A stretch of DNA of 64,000 nucleotides from Flavobacteriales bacterium (lineage in GTDB: Bacteria; Bacteroidota; Bacteroidia; Flavobacteriales; BACL11): the NCBI GenBank assembly GCA_018647945.1, contig JABGSE010000041.1:5010-69009 (forward strand). The letters run 5' to 3'. The translations under genes and the position numbers were made by a program. The notes under the pieces are model-generated. The model saw only the letters and a program-made list of their open reading frames with translations. It did no database searches and was not told where the DNA came from. The number at the start of each line of letters is the position of its first letter. Position 1 is the stretch's first letter. Of the stretch, positions 28,816 through 40,295 are shown in pieces.

Positions 28816-30090
28816 TTAATAATTAAATATTGGTAATTTCCCCATTAAATTATTTACCTTTTCTTTTACGGAATTAATTACATTTTTATCTTCAAAGTTT
28901 ATAATCACTTCATCAATTAAATCTACAATATAAGGGATAGTATCTTCTTTAATCCCTCTTGTAGTAATTGCTGGAGTTCCTACTCTCATCCCAGAAGTTA
29001 CAAAAGGAGATTGAGTATCGAAAGGAACCATGTTTTTGTTTACAGTAATATCGGCAAGTACCAATGCATTTTCAGCTTGTTTCCCTGTTATTTTTTTGCT
29101 TCTTAAATCAATAAGCATACAGTGATTTTCTGTTCCTCCTGAAATTACTTTATATCCTTTTTCTATAAAACATTCGGCCATTTTTTTAGAGTTAGAAATT
29201 ACTTGTTGTCCGTATTCTTTAAAAGAAGGTGAAAGAGCTTCCCCAAAAGCAATTGCTTTAGCGGCAATTACATGTTCTAATGGTCCTCCTTGACTTCCAG
29301 GAAATACTCCAGAATTTAATATAGCAGACATCATTCTTGTAACACCTTTTGGAGTTTTTAGTCCCCACGGATTTTCAAAATCCTTCCCCATCATAATCAT
29401 TCCTCCCCTTGGTCCTCTTAAAGTTTTGTGAGTTGTAGTTGTAAGAATATGACAATATGGTGCAGGATTACTTAACAATCCAGCGGCTATTAACCCTGCG
29501 GGATGCGCGATATCCGCCATTAAAATAGCTCCAACTTTATCTGCAATTTCACGGAATTTTTTATAGTCCCAATCTTGAGAGTAAGCAGAAGCTCCACAAA
29601 TAATAAGTTTTGGTTTTTCTGCAATTGCAGTTTCTTCAATTTTATTGTAATTTACTAATCCAGAATTTTCTTCTACATTATAAAAAGAAGTTTTGTATAA
29701 TTTCCCTGAAAAATTGACTGGGGATCCATGGGTTAAATGTCCTCCGTGAGAAAGGTTAAATCCTAAAATTTTATCTCCAGCATTTAGGCAAGCGAGCATT
29801 ACTGCAGCATTTGCTTGAGAACCAGAATGAGGTTGAACATTTACATATTCCACTCCAAATAGTTCTTTTGCTCTGTCAATAGCCAATTGTTCAACTTGGT
29901 CTACAATTTCACATCCTCCATAATATCTTTTAAAAGGATATCCTTCAGCATATTTATTGGTCAAACAGCTTCCCATAGCGTCTATAACTTCCTGACTTAC
30001 AAAGTTTTCAGATGCAATTAATTCAATTCCATTTCTTTGTCTGTAATCTTCTTTTTCAATCAAATTGAATATTTCTTTGTCTTTTCTCAT
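28816..30090 (-). CDS. glyA: serine hydroxymethyltransferase
   Basis: [17 protein letters not shown]-lysine motif and full-length SHMT layout. Confidence 0.95.
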   Translation of the reverse strand: MRKDKEIFNLIEKEDYRQRNGIELIASENFVSQEVIDAMGSCLTNKYAEGYPFKRYYGGCEIVDQVEQLAIDRAKELFGVEYVNVQPHSGSQANAAVMLACLNAGDKILGFNLSHGGHLTHGSPVNFSGKLYKTSFYNVEENSGLVNYNKIEETAIAEKPKLIICGASAYSQDWDYKKFREIADKVGAILMADIAHPAGLIAAGLLSNPAPYCHILTTTTHKTLRGPRGGMIMMGKDFENPWGLKTPKGVTRMMSAILNSGVFPGSQGGPLEHVIAAKAIAFGEALSPSFKEYGQQVISNSKKMAECFIEKGYKVISGGTENHCMLIDLRSKKITGKQAENALVLADITVNKNMVPFDTQSPFVTSGMRVGTPAITTRGIKEDTIPYIVDLIDEVIINFEDKNVINSVKEKVNNLMGKLPIFNY

Positions 30091-30140
30091 TTTTTAGTAT
30101 TATTTTGCTTAAAAATTAATTGGCACAAATATAAAGTTTA

Positions 30141-31085
30141 ATGAATAGAATAACACGACTTTTCGGAATAAAGTATCCAATAATTCAAGGAGGTATGATT
30201 TGGTGTAGCGGATGGGAATTGGCCTCATCTGTAAGTAATGCTGGTGGACTGGGATTGATTGGTGCTGGCTCCATGTACCCAGAAATTTTGAGGGAACATA
30301 TTATAAAATGTAAAGCCGCTACTAACAATCCATTCGGAGTAAATTTACCTCTTTTGTATTCGGATATTGATAAACATATTAATATAATTATAGAAGAAGG
30401 AATAAAAATAGTGTTTACTTCTGCAGGAAATCCTGCCAAATTTACTCCTCTTTTAAAGGAAAATGGAATAAAAGTGGTTCATGTAACCTCAAATTTAAAA
30501 TTTGCAAAAAAATCGGAAGAAGTAGGAGTGGACGCTGTTGTTTCTGAAGGTTTTGAAGCAGGAGGACATAATGGAAAGGAAGAACTTACAACAATGTGCT
30601 TGATCCCACTTGTAAAAAATGAGATTAGTATTCCATTGATTTCTGCTGGGGGAATTGGAAGCGGGAGCGCAATGCTTGCTGCTATGATTCTAGGAGCGGA
30701 TGGAGTGCAAATTGGAAGTAGATTTGCTGCAAGTAAGGAAAGTTCAGCACATATTAATTTCAAAAATAAAATAGTGGAAGCTAAGGATAATTCAACCATG
30801 CTTTCGTTAAAAAAACTGACTGCGGTAAGACTGATGAAAAATTCTTTTTACGATAAAATTGTAGAAGCTCAAAATAGAGGAGCTTCTGTAGAGGAATTAA
30901 GAGAATTACTTGGAAGAGCAAGGGCGAAAAGAGGAATGTTTGAAGGGGATATGAAAGAAGGAGAATTAGAAATCGGTCAAGTTTCGGCAACCATTAATGC
31001 TGTAATGCCCGTAAAAGATATTATTGATGAAATAATGTTAGAGTTTAATAAAGAAAAACAAAAACTATTAAATCTTAATTTTTAA
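30141..31085 (+). CDS. NAD(P)H-dependent flavin oxidoreductase (nitronate monooxygenase / FabK-like)
   Basis: YPIIQGGM, EGFEAGGH and AAGGIGSG motifs of the NMO/2-nitropropane dioxygenase family. Confidence 0.8.
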   Translation: MNRITRLFGIKYPIIQGGMIWCSGWELASSVSNAGGLGLIGAGSMYPEILREHIIKCKAATNNPFGVNLPLLYSDIDKHINIIIEEGIKIVFTSAGNPAKFTPLLKENGIKVVHVTSNLKFAKKSEEVGVDAVVSEGFEAGGHNGKEELTTMCLIPLVKNEISIPLISAGGIGSGSAMLAAMILGADGVQIGSRFAASKESSAHINFKNKIVEAKDNSTMLSLKKLTAVRLMKNSFYDKIVEAQNRGASVEELRELLGRARAKRGMFEGDMKEGELEIGQVSATINAVMPVKDIIDEIMLEFNKEKQKLLNLNF

Positions 31086-31143
31086 TGAAATTTTGAACGG
31101 ATAAGATGTTTTGAAAAATATTTTTTTCACAAGAAAAATTGCT

Positions 31144-31151
31144 TAACTTTG
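31144..31151 (+). promoter_or_regulatory. -7 promoter box (TAACTTTG) upstream of the 31178 adhesin gene
   Basis: Exact TAnnTTTG, 26 nt before the ATG. Confidence 0.45.
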
Positions 31152-31177
31152 TAGATTGAATTTAAAGTAAATATATT

Positions 31178-34100
31178 ATGAAAAAACTTCTATTGATATT
31201 TGTGTCCTTTTTCCTTTTGAGCACAAGCTCAAATGCTTCTCATTTTATGGGAGGAGAAATTACATGGGTGTGTTTGAAATCGGGACCTGATGTTGGAAAA
31301 TATATTTTCCAAATGAAAGTATATCGTGACTGTGGTGGAATTACCTTTTCTCAAGTTTCCCAAACATTAACTGTTCATAATTATCCTACAGTAGGAAATT
31401 CTATTCCAATTCTTTTAGATTTTGTTTCTATTAATGATATTTCCCCTATAGGAACTGCAATTTCAGGTAATGCTTGTTTTGATTGTGCTACTCAACCTTC
31501 TGGAACCACTGGAGCAGTAGAAGAATATATCTGGGAATCACAACCTACAACCATGGCAGGTTCTCCTCCTGTTGAAGGATGGCATTTTACTTGGGGAAGC
31601 TGTTGCAGGAGTAGTAATATTACCAATGGAATGTCAGATGCTGATTGGACATTAAGAGCGGTAATGTATCCTTTCCTTGATGGTAGTGGAACTCCTTATC
31701 CTGCCGACCCTTGTTACGATTCTTCTCCAGAATTTAAAGAGCTTGCTAAAACAATTATTTGTACAGGCTATGAATTTTCTTATTCACACAATGCATCTGA
31801 TGTAGAACTAGATGAAATAGTATACAGCTGGGCAGAACCTCTTGGAGCTAATATTAATTACAACCCTTTAAATCCTAACGCAACAGCACTTATATTTTCA
31901 GCTCCTTATTCTGTAAATTCTCCAATACCTGGTATGCCAACTTTGGATGCTTCAACGGGAGAAATTACTTACAATTCTAATACATCTGGAGTATTTGTAA
32001 CTTGTGTAAAGGTAGAAGCAAGAAAATGTGGGCAGTTGGTTGCTGAAATTTATAGAGAAGTACAGGTTGTACTAGTAGATTGCAGTATTTATAACCAACC
32101 ACAAGATGGTTTTAATGATCCTCCAATAATCTCAGAAGCATTTACAGACCCTGTCAGCGGATTACCTTCATATGAAACTACAGTTTATGCAGGTGATTTG
32201 ATTCAATTTAATATTAATGCAGAAGATATAGATACTTATGCAGGTGGTCAGTTTCAAAACATAACATTAGATGTCTCAGGTGGTCAGTTTTCCTCTGATT
32301 TTGTAAATGTAAATGCTTGTGCAAATCCACCTTGCGCTCCCTTTAACAATGGTGCTGGACTTACTCCTCCTTTCTCCGCTCCAGGAATTGTCTCAGGATT
32401 TTTTGAATGGCAAACAGATTGCTCTCATATGACAGCAGATATCGGTTGCGATATAACATCTAATGTATTTACATTTCTGATAAAAGCTTATGACGATTTT
32501 TGTCCTGCAAATGGGATTAGTATTGCAACAATTAAAATTACAGTTGTTCCCCCAATACCAGATTTAAGGTGTATTGCTGTTCAGGAAAATGGAAATATTG
32601 ATTTAACTTGGAAATTTGTTGATGGAGCTCCACCAACCGCTGAACCTTATTTGATTTATCATTCTACAAATCCAAATGGTCCATTTACTCTTATTGATAG
32701 TATTTATTATCCAACTACAACCTATACTGATGAAGGTTCTATATCAGGAGCTAATGGAAATCTATCGTCACAATATTACTTTTTATCAACTGAAGAGGCG
32801 TGTGGACTATTAGCCTCAACTTTAGAGTCTGATACTTTACAAAGTATATTTATTGATGTTGCACCAATGAATTTAGGAGTTATTGCAGGATTAAACTGGA
32901 ATGCAATTCATGACCCTTTATTACCTACAACTTTTCTGGATTATAATTTGTATTTGAAATATCCTGATCCAGATTTCAGTAATATTCTTGTCACACCTAA
33001 TTTAACATACCAACATGATGCTGAAGAATGTGACTATAATCCAGAATTTTATGTTGATATTGAAGATGCTATTGGGTGTTTTTCAACATCCAATATTGGA
33101 ACTGTACATTTACTAGATACAATTACACCTGCCGTTCCAGTAATTACAGATGTTTCTGTAGATGCGTCTGGGAAGGCTGTTATTACATGGACTGTTTCTG
33201 TAGGAACTGATTTTTATGCAATTTATAAAAAGGATGAATTTGGAGTTTGGGTTACAATGGATTCTGTTTTTGGAGTGAATAATGTAACTTATTTGGATTT
33301 AAATTCTAATGCTGAAAATATATCGGAGTTATTTACTATTAGAGCATTGGATAGTTGTGGGAACGCTTCATCTACTAGTTTCGAACATAATTCTATTAAT
33401 TTAGAAACTGAAATACATGCATGTGATCATACAATTCAAATGAATTGGAATGATTATATAAATTGGAATGGTGGAGTTAGTCACTATGAAGTAATAATAA
33501 ATGAAGCGGATTTAGATGGAGTTTATGGTCCTACTATTATAAAACGAATTGAGGACTTGACAGAGTTTTTATTGGAAAATATAACACATGGTTTTACTTA
33601 CGACATTTATGTTTTGGCATATAATTCAGATTCTACATATGTTGCAATGTCTGATCAGGTTTCATACATTGCAGATTTGCCAAAAAAACCAGATTTTAAT
33701 TATATTACTACTTCTTTTGTAAATCATGATGATGGAGCAATAGAAATTTCGTGTCATATTGATAATACCGCAATTATTGATCATTATGATATTGACCGCT
33801 CTCTTAGGGATTTGAATATATTTCAAGAAATTACTGAAATTCCTTTTCCATCTAATGGAGATGATATGATTTACTACTATGATGAAGATGTAGAAACCCA
33901 AGATCATTTTTACCAATATCAGATTTATCCAGTAGATACTTGTAATGAACGATTGAGTTCTTCAGTTTTTATTAATTGGCCAGAAACAGAAATCTCTCTT
34001 TCGCAAACAATATTAATTCAAACAGATATAAATACTGACTATGGCAATTTAGTGTACCCCAATGAGTATACAAATACAATGCAGTTTAACGAATACAAAG

Positions 34101-34618
34101 AGTGGTTGGGAGGTGTTTCTCATTACAATTTATATCGTTCTGTAAACAGAGAGCCGTTTAATTTGCTTCCTCTTTCTACTTTTTACCCTGGAGATACCAT
34201 GATTTATGTGGATATGGTTGCTGAGTTTATTGATGGAAATGGAAGATTTTGTTATTACATTGAAGCGGTTGAAGCGGGTGGAAACCCTTTTGGTATAGCA
34301 GAAAGAAGTTTGTCAAATGTGTCTTGTGTTTCTCAAACACCAAAACTTTTTGTTCCGAATACTTTTACTCCTAATGAGGATGAACACAATGAATTGTTTA
34401 AACCAGTAACAGCATTTGTTTCGGAAGAAGGTTATTCATTTTCAATTTTCAGTAGAGGTGGTGAAGAGATATTTCATACAAATAATCCGACAAAAGGTTG
34501 GGATGGAAAATTTAACGGAAATGATGTTCAGAATGGAAATTATGTATACCATGTACAATACATAAATGGAGTTGGAGTATTAACAGAAAAAACAGAGATG
34601 GTTACTTTAGTTAGATAA
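31178..34618 (+). CDS. large T9SS cargo/adhesin with Fn3-like modules and type-B (gliding-motility-associated) C-terminal domain
   Basis: 1146 aa with signal peptide. Repeated Fn3-like segments (DLTWKFVDG..., AVITWTVSVGTDFYAIYKKD..., GGVSHYEVII..., GGVSHYNLYRS...). C-terminus is LFVPNTFTPNEDEHNELFKPV...FSIFSRGGEEIF...GWDGKFNG...GNYVYHVQY...VTLVR. Confidence 0.8.
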   Translation: MKKLLLIFVSFFLLSTSSNASHFMGGEITWVCLKSGPDVGKYIFQMKVYRDCGGITFSQVSQTLTVHNYPTVGNSIPILLDFVSINDISPIGTAISGNACFDCATQPSGTTGAVEEYIWESQPTTMAGSPPVEGWHFTWGSCCRSSNITNGMSDADWTLRAVMYPFLDGSGTPYPADPCYDSSPEFKELAKTIICTGYEFSYSHNASDVELDEIVYSWAEPLGANINYNPLNPNATALIFSAPYSVNSPIPGMPTLDASTGEITYNSNTSGVFVTCVKVEARKCGQLVAEIYREVQVVLVDCSIYNQPQDGFNDPPIISEAFTDPVSGLPSYETTVYAGDLIQFNINAEDIDTYAGGQFQNITLDVSGGQFSSDFVNVNACANPPCAPFNNGAGLTPPFSAPGIVSGFFEWQTDCSHMTADIGCDITSNVFTFLIKAYDDFCPANGISIATIKITVVPPIPDLRCIAVQENGNIDLTWKFVDGAPPTAEPYLIYHSTNPNGPFTLIDSIYYPTTTYTDEGSISGANGNLSSQYYFLSTEEACGLLASTLESDTLQSIFIDVAPMNLGVIAGLNWNAIHDPLLPTTFLDYNLYLKYPDPDFSNILVTPNLTYQHDAEECDYNPEFYVDIEDAIGCFSTSNIGTVHLLDTITPAVPVITDVSVDASGKAVITWTVSVGTDFYAIYKKDEFGVWVTMDSVFGVNNVTYLDLNSNAENISELFTIRALDSCGNASSTSFEHNSINLETEIHACDHTIQMNWNDYINWNGGVSHYEVIINEADLDGVYGPTIIKRIEDLTEFLLENITHGFTYDIYVLAYNSDSTYVAMSDQVSYIADLPKKPDFNYITTSFVNHDDGAIEISCHIDNTAIIDHYDIDRSLRDLNIFQEITEIPFPSNGDDMIYYYDEDVETQDHFYQYQIYPVDTCNERLSSSVFINWPETEISLSQTILIQTDINTDYGNLVYPNEYTNTMQFNEYKEWLGGVSHYNLYRSVNREPFNLLPLSTFYPGDTMIYVDMVAEFIDGNGRFCYYIEAVEAGGNPFGIAERSLSNVSCVSQTPKLFVPNTFTPNEDEHNELFKPVTAFVSEEGYSFSIFSRGGEEIFHTNNPTKGWDGKFNGNDVQNGNYVYHVQYINGVGVLTEKTEMVTLVR

Positions 34619-34640
34619 GTAAAAAATGATAATAATATTA

Positions 34641-34665
34641 AAAGTCCCTTTTTGGGACTTTTTTT
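34641..34665 (+). terminator. rho-independent terminator after the 31178..34618 gene
   Basis: 8-bp stem AAAGTCCC/GGGACTTT with a 5-nt loop, followed by a T-run. Confidence 0.75.
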
Positions 34666-34690
34666 ATACAGATAATATAGATAAAATCCT

Positions 34691-34698
34691 TACTTTTG
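34691..34698 (+). promoter_or_regulatory. -7 promoter box (TACTTTTG) upstream of guaB
   Basis: Exact TAnnTTTG. It overlaps the TTG track start, which supports the ATG at 34723. Confidence 0.45.
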
Positions 34699-34722
34699 CA
34701 AACAATTTTAAAAATTGAAATT

Positions 34723-36186
34723 ATGGAGAATCAAAATAAAATTATAGGAGAAGGGCTAACATTTGATGATGTTTTGGTAGTCCCTCAATATTCTGAGGTT
34801 TTGCCAAATAATGTAAATACCAAAAGTCGTTTCTCAAAAAATATTGAATTAAACATTCCGATTATTGCTGCTGCCATGGATACAGTAACGGAGTCAGAAA
34901 TGGCAATTGCAATAGCACAGGAAGGAGGGATTGGAGTTCTTCATAAAAACATGAGTATTGAATCTCAAGCTTTGGAGGTAAGGAAAGTAAAACGATCGGA
35001 AAGCGGAATGATTTTAGATCCGATTACACTAGAGAAAACATCAAAGATAGGTGATGCCCTTCAGATAATGAAAGAAAATAAAATTGGAGGAATTCCGGTT
35101 ATAGATTCTGATAAAAAGTTAGTTGGTATTGTTACAAACCGTGATTTGAGGTTTGAAAAGGACATGACTTTAAGTGTTTTGGATGTAATGACATCTGAAA
35201 ATATTGTAACCACACAGATGACTGATTTGGAAAATGCAGAGAAAATTTTACAAGAATATAAAATTGAAAAACTTCCTGTAGTAAACGATAAAGATGAACT
35301 TATTGGATTGATTACTTTTAAGGATATTATTAAAAACAGAATGAGACCAAACGCTTGTAAGGATAAGTTTGGAAGATTAAGAGTAGCAGCAGCTGTTGGG
35401 ATAACAAATGATGTATTAGAAAGGGTAGAAGCTTTATCAAATGCTTCAGTAGATGCAATTATTATTGACACTGCTCACGGACATTCAAAGGGTGTAATTG
35501 ATGTTTTGAAAAAGGTGAAACGTAAATTTACTAAAATTGATGTTATCGTTGGGAATATAGCTACTACAGAAGCAGCTCAGATGTTAATAGATGCAGGGGC
35601 AGATGCTGTAAAAGTAGGTATTGGTCCTGGTTCAATTTGTACTACAAGAATTGTTGCGGGTATTGGAGTTCCTCAGTTAACAGCTGTGTTGGATGTATTT
35701 TCTGTTACAAGTAAAAATAACATTCCTTTAATTGCTGATGGAGGAATAAGATATTCGGGAGATGTAGTAAAAGCTTTGGTAGCCGGTGCGAGTTGTGTAA
35801 TGTTAGGTTCTATTTTGGCTGGTGTAGAAGAAGCTCCTGGAGAAACAATTATATTTGAAGGTAGAAAATTTAAAACTTACAGAGGTATGGGTTCAATTGA
35901 AGCAATGCAAGAAGGTTCAAAAGATCGGTATTTCCAATCGGGGGAGGATGATTCTAAAAAATTAGTTCCTGAAGGAATTGTTGGTAGAGTAGCTTATAAA
36001 GGAACACTTGCTGAAGTATCCCATCAAATTATGGGAGGTTTAAAATCAGGAATGGGATATTGTGGGTCTGAAAATATTGACAAATTAAAACAGGCTAAAT
36101 TTGTAAAAATTACTTCTTCCGGAATTACAGAATCTCATCCACATAATGTAATAATAACCAGAGAATCACCTAATTATAGTAGATAA
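34723..36186 (+). CDS. guaB: IMP dehydrogenase
   Basis: [13 protein letters not shown], a tandem CBS insert, catalytic [11 protein letters not shown] and GGIRYSGD. Confidence 0.95.
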   Translation: MENQNKIIGEGLTFDDVLVVPQYSEVLPNNVNTKSRFSKNIELNIPIIAAAMDTVTESEMAIAIAQEGGIGVLHKNMSIESQALEVRKVKRSESGMILDPITLEKTSKIGDALQIMKENKIGGIPVIDSDKKLVGIVTNRDLRFEKDMTLSVLDVMTSENIVTTQMTDLENAEKILQEYKIEKLPVVNDKDELIGLITFKDIIKNRMRPNACKDKFGRLRVAAAVGITNDVLERVEALSNASVDAIIIDTAHGHSKGVIDVLKKVKRKFTKIDVIVGNIATTEAAQMLIDAGADAVKVGIGPGSICTTRIVAGIGVPQLTAVLDVFSVTSKNNIPLIADGGIRYSGDVVKALVAGASCVMLGSILAGVEEAPGETIIFEGRKFKTYRGMGSIEAMQEGSKDRYFQSGEDDSKKLVPEGIVGRVAYKGTLAEVSHQIMGGLKSGMGYCGSENIDKLKQAKFVKITSSGITESHPHNVIITRESPNYSR

Positions 36187-36199
36187 ATAAAATTAAATT

Positions 36200-38134
36200 A
36201 TGAAAAAAACACTTTTTATTGCAGCAATATTATTTTCAACAGTTCAACTAATGGCTCAGGACGTTCTGAGTATTTCAGGGGAAACGATTTCCTTAAATGA
36301 GTTTGAAAATACTTTGATGAAAAATAACCGTGATCAGGAAATGACAAAAGAATATTTGGACGATTATGTACAGCTTTTTATCAATTATAAATTAAAAGTA
36401 AAACAAGCAAAAGAGAAAGGTTTAGATAGAAATGAGGATTTTGTAAATGAGCTTGAAGTATATAGAATTCAGCTTGCAAAACCATATTTAAAGGATAATG
36501 ATTTTAAAGAAGGATTAATAAATGAAGCGTATCAAAGGATGAGATTTGATGTAAATGCTTCTCATATTTTATTTAGGGTTGAACAAGGATCAACTCCTTC
36601 TGACACATTAAAAAAATACAATTTAGCTTCAACAGCAAAAAGTAAAATTGAAAACAGAGAAATTACTTTTGAAGAGGCTGTTTCAGAATATTCAGAAGAA
36701 ACTTATAATAATGGAAATTTAGGGTATTTTACTGCTTTCGATATGGTTTATAGTTTTGAAACCGCTGCTTATACTACCAAAATAGGTGAAGTATCTAATA
36801 TTATTAGAACAAAATACGGTTATCATTTGGTAAAGGTGAATGATAAAAGAGATGCGTTTGGGGAGGTGAAAGTTTCGCACATTATGTTTAAATTTCCAAA
36901 AGGTGATGATGATGACCAGAAAATGGTAGCGAAATTAAAAGCAGATGAAGTGTACAATAAATTAGAAAATGGAGAAGAGTTTTTTGCACTTGCCGACAGA
37001 TATTCGGAAGATAGATCTACTGCTGTAAAAGGAGGGTCTTTACCTTGGTTTGGACTAAATAAAATGGCAAAACAATTTGAAGACGCTTCTTTTTCTATTG
37101 AAAATATTGGAGAGTACACTCAACCATTTCTTACAGATTTTGGTTGGCACATAGTTATATTGGATGATAAAAAAGTGATCGGAACTTTAGAAGAGACAAG
37201 AGATCAGATTGTAAAAGCTATCAATAAAGGGTCAAGAAGTAATTTGAGTGAAAATGCACTTGTGAATAAGGTAAAAGAAGAATACAATTTTACCGAACAT
37301 AAATACATTGACTACAGAAAAAACAAAGTAAAAGAGTCAATTGACTTTATGCTTTTGGAACAAGGGAAATTAACTCAGGAGGATTTGAAATCTTCAAAAA
37401 AATATGATTTATTTACTTTGGGTGGAATTGCTTTCACATCAGATAGATTGAGAGATTTTATATATGAAAATCAGGAACCAAATTTAGATTTTAATAATCT
37501 TTACAATTTGTTTGTAAACATGAGTTGTGTTGAGTATGAAGAAAGTAAATTGGAAGAAAAATTTCCGGAATATAAAACTTTGTTAAATGAGTTTAGAGAT
37601 GGTATTTTACTTTTTGAACTTACAGGAAAAAAGGTATGGACAAAAGCAATGGAAGATACTTTAGGACTAAAGGAGTATTTTGAAAAGAATAGAGATAATT
37701 ATTGGTCAGGGGAAAGTGTTGATGCTAATATTTACATTTGTGCAAATAAAAAAGTTTCTACAAAACTGAAAAGGTTACTTTGGCAAAAAGGAAAAAATAT
37801 GATTTCAGTAGAAGATATCTTAGAGAAAATAAATAAAACCTCCCCATTAAATATTCAAATTGAAAGTGATAAATTCTTTTATGGAGACAACAAATATATT
37901 GATTATATAAATAGAAATGAACATGGAGTTACTGAAGTAGAAACTGATGATGAATCTGTTGTATTTGTAGAAATAGAATTGATTAATGAATCTGTATTAA
38001 TGGAGCTATCTGAAGGAAAAGGAAAGGTGATATCTGATTACCAAAATTATTTGGAAGAAATGTGGATTTCTGAATTGAGAGATAAATATATTGTAGAAAT
38101 TAATTTGGATGTATTGTATACTTTAATTAAATAA
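36200..38134 (+). CDS. periplasmic peptidyl-prolyl isomerase with two parvulin domains (PpiD/SurA-like)
   Basis: Signal peptide and two PpiC-type domains (ASHILFRV...GYHLVKV and VSHIMFKF...GWHIVIL). Confidence 0.75.
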   Translation: MKKTLFIAAILFSTVQLMAQDVLSISGETISLNEFENTLMKNNRDQEMTKEYLDDYVQLFINYKLKVKQAKEKGLDRNEDFVNELEVYRIQLAKPYLKDNDFKEGLINEAYQRMRFDVNASHILFRVEQGSTPSDTLKKYNLASTAKSKIENREITFEEAVSEYSEETYNNGNLGYFTAFDMVYSFETAAYTTKIGEVSNIIRTKYGYHLVKVNDKRDAFGEVKVSHIMFKFPKGDDDDQKMVAKLKADEVYNKLENGEEFFALADRYSEDRSTAVKGGSLPWFGLNKMAKQFEDASFSIENIGEYTQPFLTDFGWHIVILDDKKVIGTLEETRDQIVKAINKGSRSNLSENALVNKVKEEYNFTEHKYIDYRKNKVKESIDFMLLEQGKLTQEDLKSSKKYDLFTLGGIAFTSDRLRDFIYENQEPNLDFNNLYNLFVNMSCVEYEESKLEEKFPEYKTLLNEFRDGILLFELTGKKVWTKAMEDTLGLKEYFEKNRDNYWSGESVDANIYICANKKVSTKLKRLLWQKGKNMISVEDILEKINKTSPLNIQIESDKFFYGDNKYIDYINRNEHGVTEVETDDESVVFVEIELINESVLMELSEGKGKVISDYQNYLEEMWISELRDKYIVEINLDVLYTLIK

Positions 38135-38135
38135 A

Positions 38136-38966
38136 TTGAGACTTTCCTTAATCATCATATTGTTTCTTTTTATTTTTTCTTGTTCATCTGAAAAAGAAGA
38201 AAATATTGTTGCAAGTTTTAAAGATAATACTTTAAGTATTGAGGAAGTTTACAAACATCTTATTCCAAATGTTGTTGATACAAATATCTTTGTAGACGAA
38301 TATATAAATACTTGGTTAAAGAATCAGGTAATGTTGGATAAAGCTTTTATTTATATATCAGAAAATGATATGGAAATTGAAAGAAAAGTAAAGGAATATA
38401 AAGAAGAATTACTCATTCATAAATACCAAAATGAATTGGTAAATAATGAATTTGATACAACCATAAGTTACCAAGAAGTGATTGATTATTATAATCATTA
38501 CACACACAATTTTATTCTGAATCAGAATATATTAAAGTGTAAACTGATTATTTTTGAAAAAGATATTCCTAATAAAAAAGAGATTGAGAAAAAGATTCAG
38601 GCAAAAACAACTTCCGAATTGGATGATTTACTAAATTACTGCCAGTTGTATGCTAATATTTATCATTTAAATGATTCTAATTGGGTAGTTATGTCAGATG
38701 TTTTACAAAAACTTCCAGAAAATATTGCTATCAAAAAATTGGTAAGAAGTCGTAATAAAATACATAGTTTTACTGATGAAGAATTTGCATATTATTTATT
38801 TGTGAAAGATTATCAAATAAAAGGGAATCAAAGTCCGTTAAGTTTCGAGTTAAGTAAAATAAGAAATTTACTTCAGAATAAAAAAAAGATACAATATCTT
38901 GAAAAAATAGAGGATGAATTGTACAGAAACGCACTTTCTTCCGGAAAAATAAAAATATATAAATGA
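38136..38966 (+). CDS. lipoprotein, SurA-N/chaperone-like, function unknown
   Basis: TTG start 1 nt after the upstream stop. Lipobox LFIFSC, 276 aa, mainly helical K/E-rich sequence. Its stop overlaps the next ATG (ATGA). Confidence 0.5.
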   Translation: MRLSLIIILFLFIFSCSSEKEENIVASFKDNTLSIEEVYKHLIPNVVDTNIFVDEYINTWLKNQVMLDKAFIYISENDMEIERKVKEYKEELLIHKYQNELVNNEFDTTISYQEVIDYYNHYTHNFILNQNILKCKLIIFEKDIPNKKEIEKKIQAKTTSELDDLLNYCQLYANIYHLNDSNWVVMSDVLQKLPENIAIKKLVRSRNKIHSFTDEEFAYYLFVKDYQIKGNQSPLSFELSKIRNLLQNKKKIQYLEKIEDELYRNALSSGKIKIYK

Positions 38967-40291
38967 AAAAAATACTAATTGGTTTATTTGTAATCTTGTT
39001 TTCAATTGAAGGTTTTTCGCAAGTAATTGATAAAATAGAAGCCGTAATTGGAAACGAATTGATTCTTACTTCAGATATAGAGTCGCAATATTTACAATAT
39101 TTATCGCAAGGTTATACCGAGAAAGGGGAGGTTAAATGTCAGATTATTCAGGATATATTATACCAAAAACTTCTTACTCATCAAGCGAAAGTAGATAGTG
39201 TTGAAGTAAGCGAAAAAGAGGTAAATAAAGAGTTGGAAAGAAGACTTTCCTCATTCATTTCACAATTGGGTTCTCAGGAAGCAATGGAAGAATATTTCGG
39301 AAAGTCCATATTGGAAGTAAAGGAAGAATTTTATGATGAAATTGAGAATCAGTTATTGAGTCAGAGAATGCAATCCCAAATTACATCATCAATTTCTGTA
39401 ACTCCTCAAGAGGTGAGAAATCTGTTTGACCAGTTAAAAAAAGAAAATGAGTTACCTTTAATTCCATCACAAATTGAAATTTCTCAAGTCGTAAAAATAC
39501 CAGAAATTAGCTTAGAAGAAAAATCGAGAATTAGAAAAAAATTGATTAATTTCAGGGAAAGAATAAATAAGGGAGAAGATTTTAAAGTATTGGCCACTTT
39601 GTATTCTGACGATATAGAATCGGCTAAAAATGGTGGTGAACTAGGTTTTGTAAGTAGAGGTGATTTGGTTACTGAATTTGAAGCCGCTGCTTTTGCTTTA
39701 AAAGGAGATGAAATTTCTGAAATTGTTGAAACAAGTTATGGATATCATATTATTCAACTGATCGAACGTAGAGGAGAACAAATAAATGTTCGTCATATTC
39801 TGATGAAAGCAAAGGTTTCTTCTGAGTCGTTATTAATAGCGAAACAAGAATTGGAAAAGATAAATACACTTTTAAAATCTGGTGAACTTACTTTTGAGGA
39901 GGCCGCAAAAAATCATTCGGATGATGTAAGTAAAAACAATGGAGGACTTTTAATTAATCCTTCTACTTCCTCCTCTTTATTTACAACAGAAAGTTTACCA
40001 GATGATGTGAGATATTCCGCGGAAAAATTGGAAGAAGGAGAGATTTCTTCTGTTAATTTATTTACAATGAATGACGGAACAAAGGCCTACAGAATAATAA
40101 AAATTAATAAAAAAATAGAAGAACATACTGCAAATTTGACTGATGATTATAGCAAGATTCACGACTATGCAGTAAATTCCAAAAAGCAATTAGAAATAGT
40201 AAGTTGGATTGATAAAATGATTGATGAAACTTATATAAGATTTGAAGATTTAATTTTGGAATGTGAACTTTCTAAAAACTGGATTAAGTAA
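38963..40291 (+). CDS. SurA-like peptidyl-prolyl isomerase chaperone
   Basis: Signal peptide, SurA N-terminal-like region and parvulin domain (GELGFVSRGDLVTEFEAAAF...SYGYHIIQL). Confidence 0.8.
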   Translation: MKKILIGLFVILFSIEGFSQVIDKIEAVIGNELILTSDIESQYLQYLSQGYTEKGEVKCQIIQDILYQKLLTHQAKVDSVEVSEKEVNKELERRLSSFISQLGSQEAMEEYFGKSILEVKEEFYDEIENQLLSQRMQSQITSSISVTPQEVRNLFDQLKKENELPLIPSQIEISQVVKIPEISLEEKSRIRKKLINFRERINKGEDFKVLATLYSDDIESAKNGGELGFVSRGDLVTEFEAAAFALKGDEISEIVETSYGYHIIQLIERRGEQINVRHILMKAKVSSESLLIAKQELEKINTLLKSGELTFEEAAKNHSDDVSKNNGGLLINPSTSSSLFTTESLPDDVRYSAEKLEEGEISSVNLFTMNDGTKAYRIIKINKKIEEHTANLTDDYSKIHDYAVNSKKQLEIVSWIDKMIDETYIRFEDLILECELSKNWIK

Positions 40292-40295
40292 AATA

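Noticed and set aside
30185-30990. Antisense ORFs (30185-30439, 30479-30799, 30781-30990) opposite the NMO-like gene. The same holds for 35061-35471 in guaB, 44236-44592 in the E2 gene, 48438-49160 in mtaB and 25049-25954 in purA.
   Set aside because: These are shadows on the opposite strand of highly conserved enzymes, with no independent support.
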